In this document: one piece after another, positions 25,637-34,431 of the stretch
How positions within the stretch are numbered: the first letter of the stretch is position 1
Layout of the letters: each line of letters opens with the position of its first letter
Source: Candidatus Izemoplasmatales bacterium
GTDB lineage: Bacteria; Bacillota_I; Bacilli_A; Izemoplasmatales; Hujiaoplasmataceae
NCBI GenBank assembly: GCA_041677365.1
Contig: JBAYQC010000001.1
Location: forward strand, 1 to 34,460
Length of the DNA: 34,460 nt
Direction: 5' to 3'
Notes under the pieces: model-generated
Seen by the model: only the letters and a program-made list of their open reading frames with translations
What the model was told of the DNA's origin: nothing
Database searches by the model: none
Made by a program: the position numbers and the translations under genes

Positions 25637-26326
25637 ATGAACCGTTTAACTCTAAAGATTATTGCAATTACTACTATGTTACTAGATCACATTGCTTTGA
25701 TCTTTTTTGCTAGTGACGGTTGGTTGTATTTTGTTTTCAGAGGTTTAGGAAGAATAGCTTTTGTGTTATTTGCTTATTTGTTAGCTGAGGGTTTTCATCA
25801 TACCAAATCAATAAAAAACTATTTGTTAAGAATTGGTATAACAACTTTAATAATTGAACTTGGTTTGTTAGGATATTACTTTATCAGTAAAGAAAACATG
25901 CTGTTGAACTTTAATATTTTTTGGACACTTCTATTCGGTTTATTTGGTTTATATTTAATCGGTAGAAAAGAAGTTTACTTAAGAATTTCAGTCATTCCTT
26001 TGATTATAGTGGCTGAATTATTACAATTTTCTTATGGAGCATATGGTGTTTTGATGATTGTAATGTTTGGCTTATATCAAAATAGATTAACAAGTTTCTT
26101 CCACCTTATTTTCCTTAACTTATTGTTTATTGATTGGCCATTATTTGAGCTTTTCAATATTAGTGAAATGGCTAAATACCCGTATTTACAGTGGTTCAGT
26201 GTCTTAGCTTTTATCCCGATTTTTCTCTATAACAAACAACTTGGCAAATACCAATTAAAATGGTTTTTCTATTTGTTTTATCCTGCACATTTACTAATCC
26301 TTTTTTTCATCAGTGATTTTCTTTAA
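25637..26326 (+). CDS. TraX family membrane protein
   Basis: 229 aa, polytopic. The N-terminal LKIIAITTMLLDHIA is characteristic of the TraX family. Confidence 0.7.
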   Translation: MNRLTLKIIAITTMLLDHIALIFFASDGWLYFVFRGLGRIAFVLFAYLLAEGFHHTKSIKNYLLRIGITTLIIELGLLGYYFISKENMLLNFNIFWTLLFGLFGLYLIGRKEVYLRISVIPLIIVAELLQFSYGAYGVLMIVMFGLYQNRLTSFFHLIFLNLLFIDWPLFELFNISEMAKYPYLQWFSVLAFIPIFLYNKQLGKYQLKWFFYLFYPAHLLILFFISDFL

Positions 26327-26345
26327 AAGGTGGTGACTTAAGAAA

Positions 26346-27761
26346 ATGAATTCTGTCTTTTCTACAAAAGAGTTTAGGAAAATTGAACTAGAGACAATAA
26401 AGCAAAAAAACCTAAGTGAAACTGATTTAATGTATCAGGCTGGATATATGCTTACCAAAGATTTTCTATCTCGACTTCAACCTAATGTCTTCGATGAAAT
26501 TGTCATTATCAGTAACTCTGGCAATAACGGTGGAGATGCTTTAGTGATGTTTAAAGAACTTAAAACAAGAGGTTACAAAGTAAAAATCTTCTTTATTGGC
26601 CAGCCTGAAAAAGCTTCTACGGCTTATAAGCATTATTATCAAGAAATATCTTTAAAGTTAGATGATAATGAACTTTTAAAGACGCCTAATTTTGATGGGG
26701 CTAAGTATATTATTGACGGTATTTTTGGCATTGGTTTAAAGCGAGATATTAAGGGAAAATATTGTGAACTGATTAAAATTATTAATGATTCTCAATCGAT
26801 AGTCTATTCAATCGATTTGCCTTCAGGGATTCATCCTGATTCTGGTAAAGCGATGAATGTAGCTGTAAAAGCTGATTACACTGGTGTTTTGGGTTATTAT
26901 AAAACTGGTAATCTTCTTAGTAAAGCCCAAGATTATCATGGAGAAATCAGGCTGCTTGATATTGGATTAATAAGCAAAGATGCAAATATTTATTTAGTAG
27001 AATTAGATGACATTGACATCAAGGAAAAGCGGAACTTTGACACTCATAAATATAACTTCGGTAATATAGCTTTTGTCGGTTCTTCAAAACTTCCTGGGGC
27101 GATTAATATGTCAGCTTTAAGCGCTCTTAGAAATGGTAGTGGTTTAGCTAGTGTATATTATGATGAGGAAATAGTGAGATTTTATCCAGATTTGTTATAT
27201 AAAAGTCTTGATAAAAATGAAGACTTTTCAAAATATGATGTTGTAGTTTTTGGGCCAGGAGTAAATGAGAAAAACTCTCTGTACCTAAACTTATTAAATA
27301 AAATAATTGAGAATAATAAAGTTGTGGTAGATGCCTTAAGTATCGAAATGATTGATCAAAGGAAGGATTTAAAAAACGTAATTATCACACCGCATCTAGG
27401 TGAACTTTCTAGGTTATTAAAAATTGATAAAAACTTAATCTTAGATGCTCCAATTTTTCATTTGAGAGCTTTAGCGAAAAAAGGTTTGACGATTATCTTA
27501 AAAGGCGCAACTAGCATTGTTCAATATCAGGATAATACATACCTTTTACAGTCAAGAAATCCCGGTTTAGCTAAAGCAGGAACTGGAGATGTGTTAGCTG
27601 GTTTGATTGGTAGTTTTTATCATAAAACCAATCAATTAGAAGCTTGTCTGAAAGCCTTTAAAATTCATGCTTTAGCTAGTTATCAAGCTAGAGAAAAATA
27701 TAGTGAAACTGGATTTTTAGCTAGTGATTTAATTGAAGAAATCGGAAAGGTAAAAAGATAA
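26346..27761 (+). CDS. nnr: Bifunctional NAD(P)H-hydrate epimerase / ADP-dependent dehydratase (Nnr)
   Basis: 471 aa. YjeF_N block SGNNGGDALV and C-terminal carbohydrate-kinase block GTGDVLAG are present. Confidence 0.85.
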   Translation: MNSVFSTKEFRKIELETIKQKNLSETDLMYQAGYMLTKDFLSRLQPNVFDEIVIISNSGNNGGDALVMFKELKTRGYKVKIFFIGQPEKASTAYKHYYQEISLKLDDNELLKTPNFDGAKYIIDGIFGIGLKRDIKGKYCELIKIINDSQSIVYSIDLPSGIHPDSGKAMNVAVKADYTGVLGYYKTGNLLSKAQDYHGEIRLLDIGLISKDANIYLVELDDIDIKEKRNFDTHKYNFGNIAFVGSSKLPGAINMSALSALRNGSGLASVYYDEEIVRFYPDLLYKSLDKNEDFSKYDVVVFGPGVNEKNSLYLNLLNKIIENNKVVVDALSIEMIDQRKDLKNVIITPHLGELSRLLKIDKNLILDAPIFHLRALAKKGLTIILKGATSIVQYQDNTYLLQSRNPGLAKAGTGDVLAGLIGSFYHKTNQLEACLKAFKIHALASYQAREKYSETGFLASDLIEEIGKVKR

Positions 27762-28678
27762 TGAAATATATATACGGTCCAATACCATCAAGAAGATTAG
27801 GTCAAAGTTTAGGTATTTCCCCAATTTCAAAAAAGACTTGTAATCTAGCTTGTGTTTATTGTATGTTAGGAAATACAGATAAAATGACAAACGATTTTGT
27901 TTATGAGTATCCGGTTAATGAGATTCTTGATGAAGTAAAAATCATGCTTAAAAAAGCAGAAATTATTGATGTAATAACGATAGTTGGTGAAGGTGAGCCC
28001 ACACTATATTTAAAACTCGGTGAATTAATCACTAAGATTAAGGAGTTAACTGATATTCCAGTGGCAGTTATAACCAACGGAACTTTATTAACTGAAGACT
28101 CGGTATATCAAGCTTTGTTAAAAGCTGATATAGTTCTACCATCAATTGATGCGTATGACGAAATAAGTTTTAAACTTATTAATCGACCACATAAAGCTTT
28201 AAACTATCAAAATAGTTTAGCAGCATTAATTAAGTTTTCTCATGAATATCAAGGTCAGATTTGGTTAGAAACTATGATCATGTCAGGTTATAATGATTCT
28301 TTTGAAGCGGTTGAAGGATTTAAAAATATCTTTAAGAAAATCCGTTACGATCGTCTTTACTTAAATTCACCAGTTCGCCCCCCTGCATTATCAACTGTAA
28401 AAACTGTTGATCATGATTTAATGGATTCTTTGGCTAGAACCTTAAATGGAATTAATATTGATTTGTTAGCAGATCCAAATTTCCATTCAGAAATTGCTGA
28501 TGACTATGAAGCAATTCTTTCAATTATTAAAAGACATCCGATGAATCAATTTGAAATATCTTCGTTTTTAAAGAGTCGAAAGAATTTAATGCCTGAAGCG
28601 ATATTTACAAAACTTAATAAAAATTCTGATTTAATAAGAATTAACTATAAAAGTTATGACACCTACAGATTTAAATAG
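27761..28678 (+). CDS. Radical SAM protein (COG0731-like family, function unknown)
   Basis: 305 aa. The N-terminal GPIPSRRLGQSLGI...CNLACVYC carries the CxxxCxxC cluster motif. Its ATG shares one nucleotide with the nnr stop (TAATG). Confidence 0.75.
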   Translation: MKYIYGPIPSRRLGQSLGISPISKKTCNLACVYCMLGNTDKMTNDFVYEYPVNEILDEVKIMLKKAEIIDVITIVGEGEPTLYLKLGELITKIKELTDIPVAVITNGTLLTEDSVYQALLKADIVLPSIDAYDEISFKLINRPHKALNYQNSLAALIKFSHEYQGQIWLETMIMSGYNDSFEAVEGFKNIFKKIRYDRLYLNSPVRPPALSTVKTVDHDLMDSLARTLNGINIDLLADPNFHSEIADDYEAILSIIKRHPMNQFEISSFLKSRKNLMPEAIFTKLNKNSDLIRINYKSYDTYRFK

Positions 28679-28689
28679 GAGGTAAAAAA

Positions 28690-29178
28690 ATGAAATATAA
28701 AGATTATGAACCAAAAATCGATTCTACGGCTGTTAATCTAGGTGGAGACGTAATTGGTAATGTCACAATTAAAAAAGACGTAAATATCTGGTTTAACGCA
28801 ACTATCAGAGGTGATATGGCAGGAGTAACAATCGAAGAGGGATCAAATATCCAAGATAATGTTGTAGTGCATACCAATATCAATCAACCAACCTATATTG
28901 GTAAGTATGTAACTGTTGGCCATAGCGCTATAATACATGCTTGTACGGTTAATGACTATGCATTAATCGGAATGGGATCAATTATCTTAGACAAGGCTGT
29001 CATTGGTGAAAAAGCAATGGTGGCTGCTGGTACGGTTGTGCCACCAGGTAAAATTGTCCCACCGAAAACATTAGCATTGGGAAACCCAATGAGAATAATC
29101 CGAGATTTAACTGAAAAAGAAATTGAAGCTAATATCAATAACTCAAGGGAATATATTAAATTATCCAAGGAGTATTAA
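28690..29178 (+). CDS. Gamma-carbonic-anhydrase-like left-handed beta-helix protein (YrdA/PaaY family)
   Basis: 162 aa. Hexapeptide repeats with WFNATIRGD...IQDNVVVH...GHSAIIHAC...LIGMGSIIL. Confidence 0.8.
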   Translation: MKYKDYEPKIDSTAVNLGGDVIGNVTIKKDVNIWFNATIRGDMAGVTIEEGSNIQDNVVVHTNINQPTYIGKYVTVGHSAIIHACTVNDYALIGMGSIILDKAVIGEKAMVAAGTVVPPGKIVPPKTLALGNPMRIIRDLTEKEIEANINNSREYIKLSKEY

Positions 29179-29179
29179 G

Positions 29180-29764
29180 ATGGAAAAACTAGTTAAGAAA
29201 GCCAAAGATTATGTAAAACAATTGCGTGATGAAGAACCCACAGGTCATGATTTCCATCACGCCTTAAGGGTATATAATAATGCATTATATTTATCTGTAG
29301 GAAAAGACGTTGATTTATTAGTGATTTCTTTAGCGGCTTTACTTCATGACCTTGATGACCCGAAGATTTCATCTAAAGATAGTCATTTAGCGGAAGATTT
29401 TTTAAAGCAAAATCTGGAAGAAAAAAAGCAAAGAGAAGTAATGGATATCATTGAAAGCATATCTTTTACCAAACAAAAACATGGTGTTTATCCTGAAAGC
29501 TTGGAAGGAAAAATTGTTCAAGATGCAGATCGATTAGATGCTTTAGGAGCTATTGGGATTGCTAGATGTTTTGCCTATACTGGTAATAAGCAAAAACTAA
29601 TTTACAACGAAAGTATTGATGATGATTCAGCAATCGCACATTTTTATCAAAAATTACTTAATCTCGATATTTATATGAATACTACCGAAGCTAAGATAAT
29701 CGCAGAAAATAGAATTAAGTACATGAAAAACTTTTTAGAAGTCTTCTTTAATGAATGGCGTTGA
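29180..29764 (+). CDS. HD-domain phosphohydrolase (YedJ-like)
   Basis: GHDFHHALRV...LLHDLDD...DADRLDALGA are present. The track ORF starts at 29123, inside the upstream gene. The ATG at 29180, 7 nt after AAGGAG (29167-29172), gives MEKLVKKAKDY... and is the probable start. Confidence 0.8.
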   Translation: MEKLVKKAKDYVKQLRDEEPTGHDFHHALRVYNNALYLSVGKDVDLLVISLAALLHDLDDPKISSKDSHLAEDFLKQNLEEKKQREVMDIIESISFTKQKHGVYPESLEGKIVQDADRLDALGAIGIARCFAYTGNKQKLIYNESIDDDSAIAHFYQKLLNLDIYMNTTEAKIIAENRIKYMKNFLEVFFNEWR

Positions 29765-29795
29765 ACCTAGCTTTTTTACTAGAGCTAGGTTTTTT
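29764..29795 (+). terminator. Rho-independent terminator after the HD gene
   Basis: AACCTAGC (29764-29771) pairs with GCTAGGTT (29784-29791), followed by a T-run. The loop is long (12 nt). Confidence 0.6.
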
Positions 29796-29899
29796 AATTA
29801 TTAAAGTATAAATCTCTTTGAACTGTAAATGTCTGGATTTATAAAATAATTTTTTGTACAATAAATAATAATAAGTGATATAATATCAATGGTGATAAC

Positions 29900-31789
29900 A
29901 TGATAAAGATTTTAAGAGAAAAAGGTACAATATTAGGAATATTTTTAGTTTATTATTACCTTATCCAAATAATTACTTTTGAATGGATTAATTTTCAATT
30001 TCTTCCTTCAAGTTTTTTTGTTGACTTTTTTATTGCATTGATGATTGGATCAGTTGTCTTTTTATTTAAGTCTAATAAACTAGCTATAGCTTATGTTACT
30101 GTGATAATTTCTATGGTTATTGCACTTTTTATGGTCAATGCTACCCTTTACAGTGTTTATCGTGATATTTTTACATTACAGCAGTTTACACTTTTGCAGG
30201 AAGCAGGAGCGGTTTTCAGGTTTGAATTTGTATCAATAAACTCTTTGATAGTTACGGTATTGATAGCTATTTCTTATTTTTTAGTTATCTATGTCGCTTG
30301 GAAAAAAATCTTAAGAACTAATAGTAGTAATTTTTATTATCCTAAAGCAGCAATTATCTTTATAAGTCTAAACTTGTTGTTGGTGAGTTTTTTTTTCAGC
30401 GACATCGAAACTTTTGATTTATATCGAGATGATAATGCAGTAACAGCTTTTAAGCGGACATCATTAAAGAAGTACGGACTATTTGGTTATTACTTTAAGG
30501 AATCAGAATTTCTAATCGGTGGTAGTCAAATTGACCCGGATATTGATATTGACGATGACTCGATAATTCCAGTTGAAAATCCTGGGTTAACCGATTATCA
30601 CGGCTTCTTAGCTGGTGCTAATGTAATTACGATTCTTGTGGAAACCCTTCAACCATTTGCGGTTAATGAGGTCTTAACCCCTAATTTATATAAGCTGAAT
30701 CAAGAAGGTTTGTATTTTCCAAATAACTACAGTGAAAATAAAACTAATGTTTCCGAAATGATTGCGATTACCGGTAATTATCCAACATTTTATTTTTTAC
30801 CGAAAACCTATGATTATGATTTTTCCCAATCTTTACCTAGCGTTCTAAGAGAGGATAATTATCATACGGGGTATTTTCATGATAATGTTGGTAGTTTTTA
30901 TAATCGCGAAAAATTCTTTGAAGATTTAGGCTTTGATGACTTATACTTTCATGAAGATCTTTTCCCTGATAAAGAAATGTGGCATTGGGGAGGGAATTAT
31001 AATTTAGATAGTTTAACCGTAGAAAGTGTCATCGATAAAATCGAAACTGAAGGTAATTTCTATTACTATTGGTCAACGATGATTACTCATGGACCATATA
31101 ACAATAGTTCTGAGAATATTAACTTGTTTACTGAACTAGGATATTTTGATCAAATCGATACAGCTGAAAATGATGGTCTTTGGGAAAATCCTCTTTCTGA
31201 AGTAGAAGAAGACGCTTTGAAAATCAGATATTATCAAGCAGCTGTAATGGATTTTGATAAAGCTTTAGGGAAATTATTAGACTTCTTAGAAGAAAATAAC
31301 ATCTTAGATGATACTATTTTAGTTTTATTTGGTGATCATAATGTCTACTATCATGATTTGAGCAAAAAGATGTATGAAGAAAGTGGTTCAGAATATTATA
31401 ATTTTGAGATGTATAAGACATATCTAAATATCTATAATCCACTTTTAACCAATAAGTTTCTCGAAACAAATTCTACAAATGTAATTGAGAAGTTTGTTTC
31501 TTTATATAATATAGTTCCAACGGTTTTTGAGTTGTTAGGTTATGAGTATAATCAAAACTTTATGATGGCAGAACCTGTTTTTACAGATGCATTAGAAATT
31601 TTTTACTCACAGAAATTAACTGGTTATTTTAACGATAAGTTTTATAGTGATGATGGATTTGATGTGATTTACCAAAGTGCAGATGCTTCTGGAAGTGACT
31701 TAAATCTCTTCTTAGATAAGACTTTCATCTTGAATAATCGAATAGAAATGATTAATTACTTTTATGATGAAACAAAAAAACCGATTTAA
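29900..31789 (+). CDS. LTA synthase family protein (LtaS-like sulfatase-domain enzyme)
   Basis: 629 aa. Five N-terminal TM helices are followed by an extracellular sulfatase-type domain (NKTNVSEMIAITG, MITHGPY, LFGDHN). Confidence 0.8.
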   Translation: MIKILREKGTILGIFLVYYYLIQIITFEWINFQFLPSSFFVDFFIALMIGSVVFLFKSNKLAIAYVTVIISMVIALFMVNATLYSVYRDIFTLQQFTLLQEAGAVFRFEFVSINSLIVTVLIAISYFLVIYVAWKKILRTNSSNFYYPKAAIIFISLNLLLVSFFFSDIETFDLYRDDNAVTAFKRTSLKKYGLFGYYFKESEFLIGGSQIDPDIDIDDDSIIPVENPGLTDYHGFLAGANVITILVETLQPFAVNEVLTPNLYKLNQEGLYFPNNYSENKTNVSEMIAITGNYPTFYFLPKTYDYDFSQSLPSVLREDNYHTGYFHDNVGSFYNREKFFEDLGFDDLYFHEDLFPDKEMWHWGGNYNLDSLTVESVIDKIETEGNFYYYWSTMITHGPYNNSSENINLFTELGYFDQIDTAENDGLWENPLSEVEEDALKIRYYQAAVMDFDKALGKLLDFLEENNILDDTILVLFGDHNVYYHDLSKKMYEESGSEYYNFEMYKTYLNIYNPLLTNKFLETNSTNVIEKFVSLYNIVPTVFELLGYEYNQNFMMAEPVFTDALEIFYSQKLTGYFNDKFYSDDGFDVIYQSADASGSDLNLFLDKTFILNNRIEMINYFYDETKKPI

Positions 31790-31817
31790 TTAGTAAAAAT
31801 ATGTTGAGGTGATAAAT

Positions 31818-32381
31818 ATGTGGGAAACTATTTGGGAATTTATTAGTTCCGTTCCGGTCTGGGAAGCTTTGGTGATTTTAGTTGCGAAAGTTGTTGAAGT
31901 ATCTATTGGTACATTAAGAATAATTTTTATTGGTAAGGGTTTGAGAAAACCTGGTACTTTACTTGCACTTGTTGAGATATTGCTTTGGGTTTTCATTGCT
32001 TCTAGAGTTATTACTGGTTTAGCTGAGACACCATTAAAAGGAGTCTACTACAGCATCGGTTTTGCTTTAGGTGTATATCTGGGGTCAATTTTAGAAAGTC
32101 ATCTAGCTGTGGGTAAAATCTTTATTCAAGCGATAATCATGAAAGATGAAGCTAATACTGTTATTAACGCTTTGAGAGAAGCCGGACATGGGGTTACAAG
32201 TATTGATGCACACGGTAAATATAAAGACCGTGAAGTGTTACTATTGTTTGCTAATCGTAAGAATAAGGAAGACATTGTAAAAATAATTTCTGAAAACGAT
32301 GATGATGCTTTAGTTGTCGCTAATGAGGTTTCTTATCTGCGAGGTGGATTTGTTAGTCCATGGCGTAAATTAGCTAAATAA
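31818..32381 (+). CDS. UPF0316 / DUF2179-domain membrane protein
   Basis: Three N-terminal TM helices plus a C-terminal DUF2179-like alpha/beta domain. The family pattern is like B. subtilis YebE. The ATG at 31818, 6 nt after GAGGTG, is preferred over the GTG at 31809. Confidence 0.7.
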   Translation: MWETIWEFISSVPVWEALVILVAKVVEVSIGTLRIIFIGKGLRKPGTLLALVEILLWVFIASRVITGLAETPLKGVYYSIGFALGVYLGSILESHLAVGKIFIQAIIMKDEANTVINALREAGHGVTSIDAHGKYKDREVLLLFANRKNKEDIVKIISENDDDALVVANEVSYLRGGFVSPWRKLAK

Positions 32382-32421
32382 ATCACAGTTTTTTCAAACA
32401 AAAAATTCTTAAAAAAAATAG

Positions 32422-32450
32422 TTGAAATTTATCTTGAAATCATTTAAAAT
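32422..32450 (+). promoter_or_regulatory. Sigma-A promoter for tRNA-Gly (TTGAAA - 17 nt - TAAAAT)
   Basis: TTGAAA at 32422-32427, an exact 17-nt spacer, and TAAAAT at 32445-32450. It ends 15 nt before the tRNA 5' end. Confidence 0.6.
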
Positions 32451-32465
32451 AGATAATGCAACTAA

Positions 32466-32539
32466 GCAGGTGTAGTTTAATGGTAAAACCGGTGCTTGCC
32501 ATGCATCTAATGGGGGTTCGATTCCCCTCGCTTGCTCCA
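32466..32539 (+). tRNA. tRNA-Gly (anticodon GCC), CCA encoded
   Basis: Hand-folded cloverleaf. The acceptor stem GCAGGTG/CGCTTGC has two G-U pairs. The anticodon stem is GGTGC/GCATC with loop TTGCCAT (anticodon GCC). The T arm is GGGGG-TTCGATT-CCCCT, with discriminator T and CCA. Total length 74 nt. Confidence 0.9.
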
Positions 32540-32552
32540 TACACTAAAAGTC

Positions 32553-32590
32553 GACATTTTGTATCTAATACAAGATGTCTTTTTATTTTT
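32553..32590 (+). terminator. Rho-independent terminator after tRNA-Gly
   Basis: 11-bp stem GACATTTTGTA / TACAAGATGTC (one U-G pair), loop TCTAA, then TTTTTATTTTT. Confidence 0.75.
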
Positions 32591-32637
32591 ATTGCTTCAC
32601 TGAGATGTTTCACAAGTATCTAGATGATCAGAAAAAA

Positions 32638-32688
32638 GTCGACAATGTCGATTAAAATATTCTAAATGTCGACATAATAAGATATAAT
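32638..32688 (+). promoter_or_regulatory. Promoter region with GTCGAC-centred operator-like palindromes upstream of the 217-aa gene
   Basis: GTCGACAATGTCGA lies at 32638-32651. The perfect 10-bp palindrome ATGTCGACAT at 32666-32675 sits in the spacer immediately upstream of TATAAT (32683-32688). A third copy, AAAAGTCGACA, lies at 32546-32556. Confidence 0.4.
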
Positions 32689-32709
32689 ATAGACAAAGGC
32701 GGTGACATA

Positions 32710-33363
32710 ATGAATTACACAAAAACATTAAGAAAGTTTTGTATACAAAATCAAGGACGAATATTTGATGTTCAATATGAACAAAATCATCGGTTTTCTT
32801 TGATACCATATAAAACACTGCTTAAGATACTGAATAGATTAGAAGATGAGCAAATCCTTTCAAGTATTGCAAAAGGGGTATATATTGTCAAATCTGATCA
32901 AGATATTGACATTGATAAAGCAATCAAAGAATATTATGTGGATCATTTTAGCGGTATGATGGTTGGCAAAGCGATGTATAACTACTACGATATCGGAGAT
33001 CAAGATGATGATACTATTCAGATTTATACGAACAAAATAGTATCTAACAACAAATCAATTGATAAGTACCACCTCATCAAGTTTAATACATTATTCTATG
33101 ATGAAGTAGTAAGTCTAATTACTGCCTTGGAGTTAATAGAAAAAGTAAGTTCTATAAAAGATATCGATTATATTCGTTATCATGAAGAAAAAGAATCTGG
33201 GATAAAATCATATTCCGATGAGATTTTCAAAGAGATTATAACGCACCATCCCTATAAATACTCAACAGTAGCTACTCTTGATGAATTATTAAATAGATAT
33301 TCAATTAAGAATGATCTCATAAACATCTACAAAGAGAATTATAAAAATGTTCTTCAGAAATAA
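32710..33363 (+). CDS. Hypothetical protein with N-terminal winged-helix resembling AbiEi/DUF6088 antitoxin-type domains
   Basis: 217 aa. Residues of about 1-63 (...YKTLLKILNRLEDEQILSSIAKGVYIVKSD) fit the pattern L..L.RL...G.L....KGVY of AbiEi_4/DUF6088 wHTH domains. The remaining 150 aa or so are unrecognised. The assignment is weak. Confidence 0.4.
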   Translation: MNYTKTLRKFCIQNQGRIFDVQYEQNHRFSLIPYKTLLKILNRLEDEQILSSIAKGVYIVKSDQDIDIDKAIKEYYVDHFSGMMVGKAMYNYYDIGDQDDDTIQIYTNKIVSNNKSIDKYHLIKFNTLFYDEVVSLITALELIEKVSSIKDIDYIRYHEEKESGIKSYSDEIFKEIITHHPYKYSTVATLDELLNRYSIKNDLINIYKENYKNVLQK

Positions 33364-33895
33364 TGAAACAGATTTTTGGAAATGGTGTAGACATTATTTA
33401 AAACGAGCAAAGTATGTTATCAAATTTTATGATAATATAGAAAATACTCATTATCGTATTAAAAACATAAAACAATACAAAGATGCCAAAGAAATCATTG
33501 AACAATATGAAGTTTTAAAATATACGCTAACTGAAGAACAAAACCAGTTACTAGAAAAATCATTGATTAATAATGAAAGTTTTAAATACGATAAAAGAAC
33601 ATTTAATAACATTGATGAAATCATGAGAAATTGGAGTCAAATCTGTTTTCCAAAACATAAATTGAAACTCAAATCAATCTCTAAAATAGAAGTTGGTAAA
33701 GCAATAAAAAATCAAAGACTATATCATGACATGTCATTAAAGTTTGTTGCAGATTTACTTAATATTAGTCAAGCAACTCTTAAAAGTTATGAGACTGGAA
33801 CTAGATTAGCAAGACTAGATGTGATATATGGATTATCTCAGATTTATAATACTACAATTGATAAGTTGATTTATTACAACATTAAAATAACTTAA
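33347..33895 (+). CDS. Two-domain protein: unknown N-terminal domain (about 110 aa) + C-terminal XRE-family HTH
   Basis: 182 aa. The C-terminal VGKAIKNQRLYHDMSLKFVADLLNISQATLKSYETGTRLARLDVIYGLSQIYNTTIDKLI is a classic HTH_3/XRE domain. 17-nt overlap with the upstream gene. Confidence 0.65.
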   Translation: MFFRNNETDFWKWCRHYLKRAKYVIKFYDNIENTHYRIKNIKQYKDAKEIIEQYEVLKYTLTEEQNQLLEKSLINNESFKYDKRTFNNIDEIMRNWSQICFPKHKLKLKSISKIEVGKAIKNQRLYHDMSLKFVADLLNISQATLKSYETGTRLARLDVIYGLSQIYNTTIDKLIYYNIKIT

Positions 33896-33980
33896 TTCAT
33901 TTTTTACCTTTTTCTGCCTTCATTTATTGTATAGAATATTATATAATAGATGGTAAGATACTCGATAAGGAGATGATGAA

Positions 33981-34262
33981 ATGAATGACATCAAAGAATC
34001 TGTAGACATTATTCCCGAAGATCTAGAAAATGAGTATTTGACTGAAAAAGAAGAATTACAGTTGAAAAAACTTATAAAATCTTTGTTTTTTTATACTATT
34101 TTGGTAGTCTTAACATCATTAACTTCTATAATACTAAAATTTCTTGAAGTAGAGAGAAGTGTAACATTGATATCTGGTACTATAGCAATAGTGATTATTG
34201 TTTTTATAGTTATACGAGTAACAATGATTTATAAAGAAGTTGGAAATCTAGGGAGAAAGTAA
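33981..34262 (+). CDS. Small membrane protein (acidic N-terminus + 2 TM helices)
   Basis: 93 aa. AAGGAG RBS at 33969-33974. Two hydrophobic stretches (FFYTILVVLTSLTSIILKF and LISGTIAIVIIVFIVIRV). No family recognised. Confidence 0.5.
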   Translation: MNDIKESVDIIPEDLENEYLTEKEELQLKKLIKSLFFYTILVVLTSLTSIILKFLEVERSVTLISGTIAIVIIVFIVIRVTMIYKEVGNLGRK

Positions 34263-34379
34263 TCTCGTGGTTCAAGTTTCTTTTTGACACAAAGAAATAA
34301 CCACTTGAAAATTGACTTGGACTATATAGGGTAAATGCAACAGTCTTTTTGAATATCCCTTAGTAAAGCCATTTTTATA

Positions 34380-34431
34380 GGGGTGCGTAAAATCCCATGA
34401 AGGGTGCGTAAAAATAGGCTAGGGGTGCTAA
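34380..34431 (+). repeat. Three phased direct repeats (iteron-like): GGGGTGCGTAAAAT / AGGGTGCGTAAAAA / AGGGGTGCTAATTT
   Basis: Copies start at 34380, 34401 and 34421, giving 20-21 bp phasing in non-coding DNA at the right edge. The array may continue beyond the window. Confidence 0.5.
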
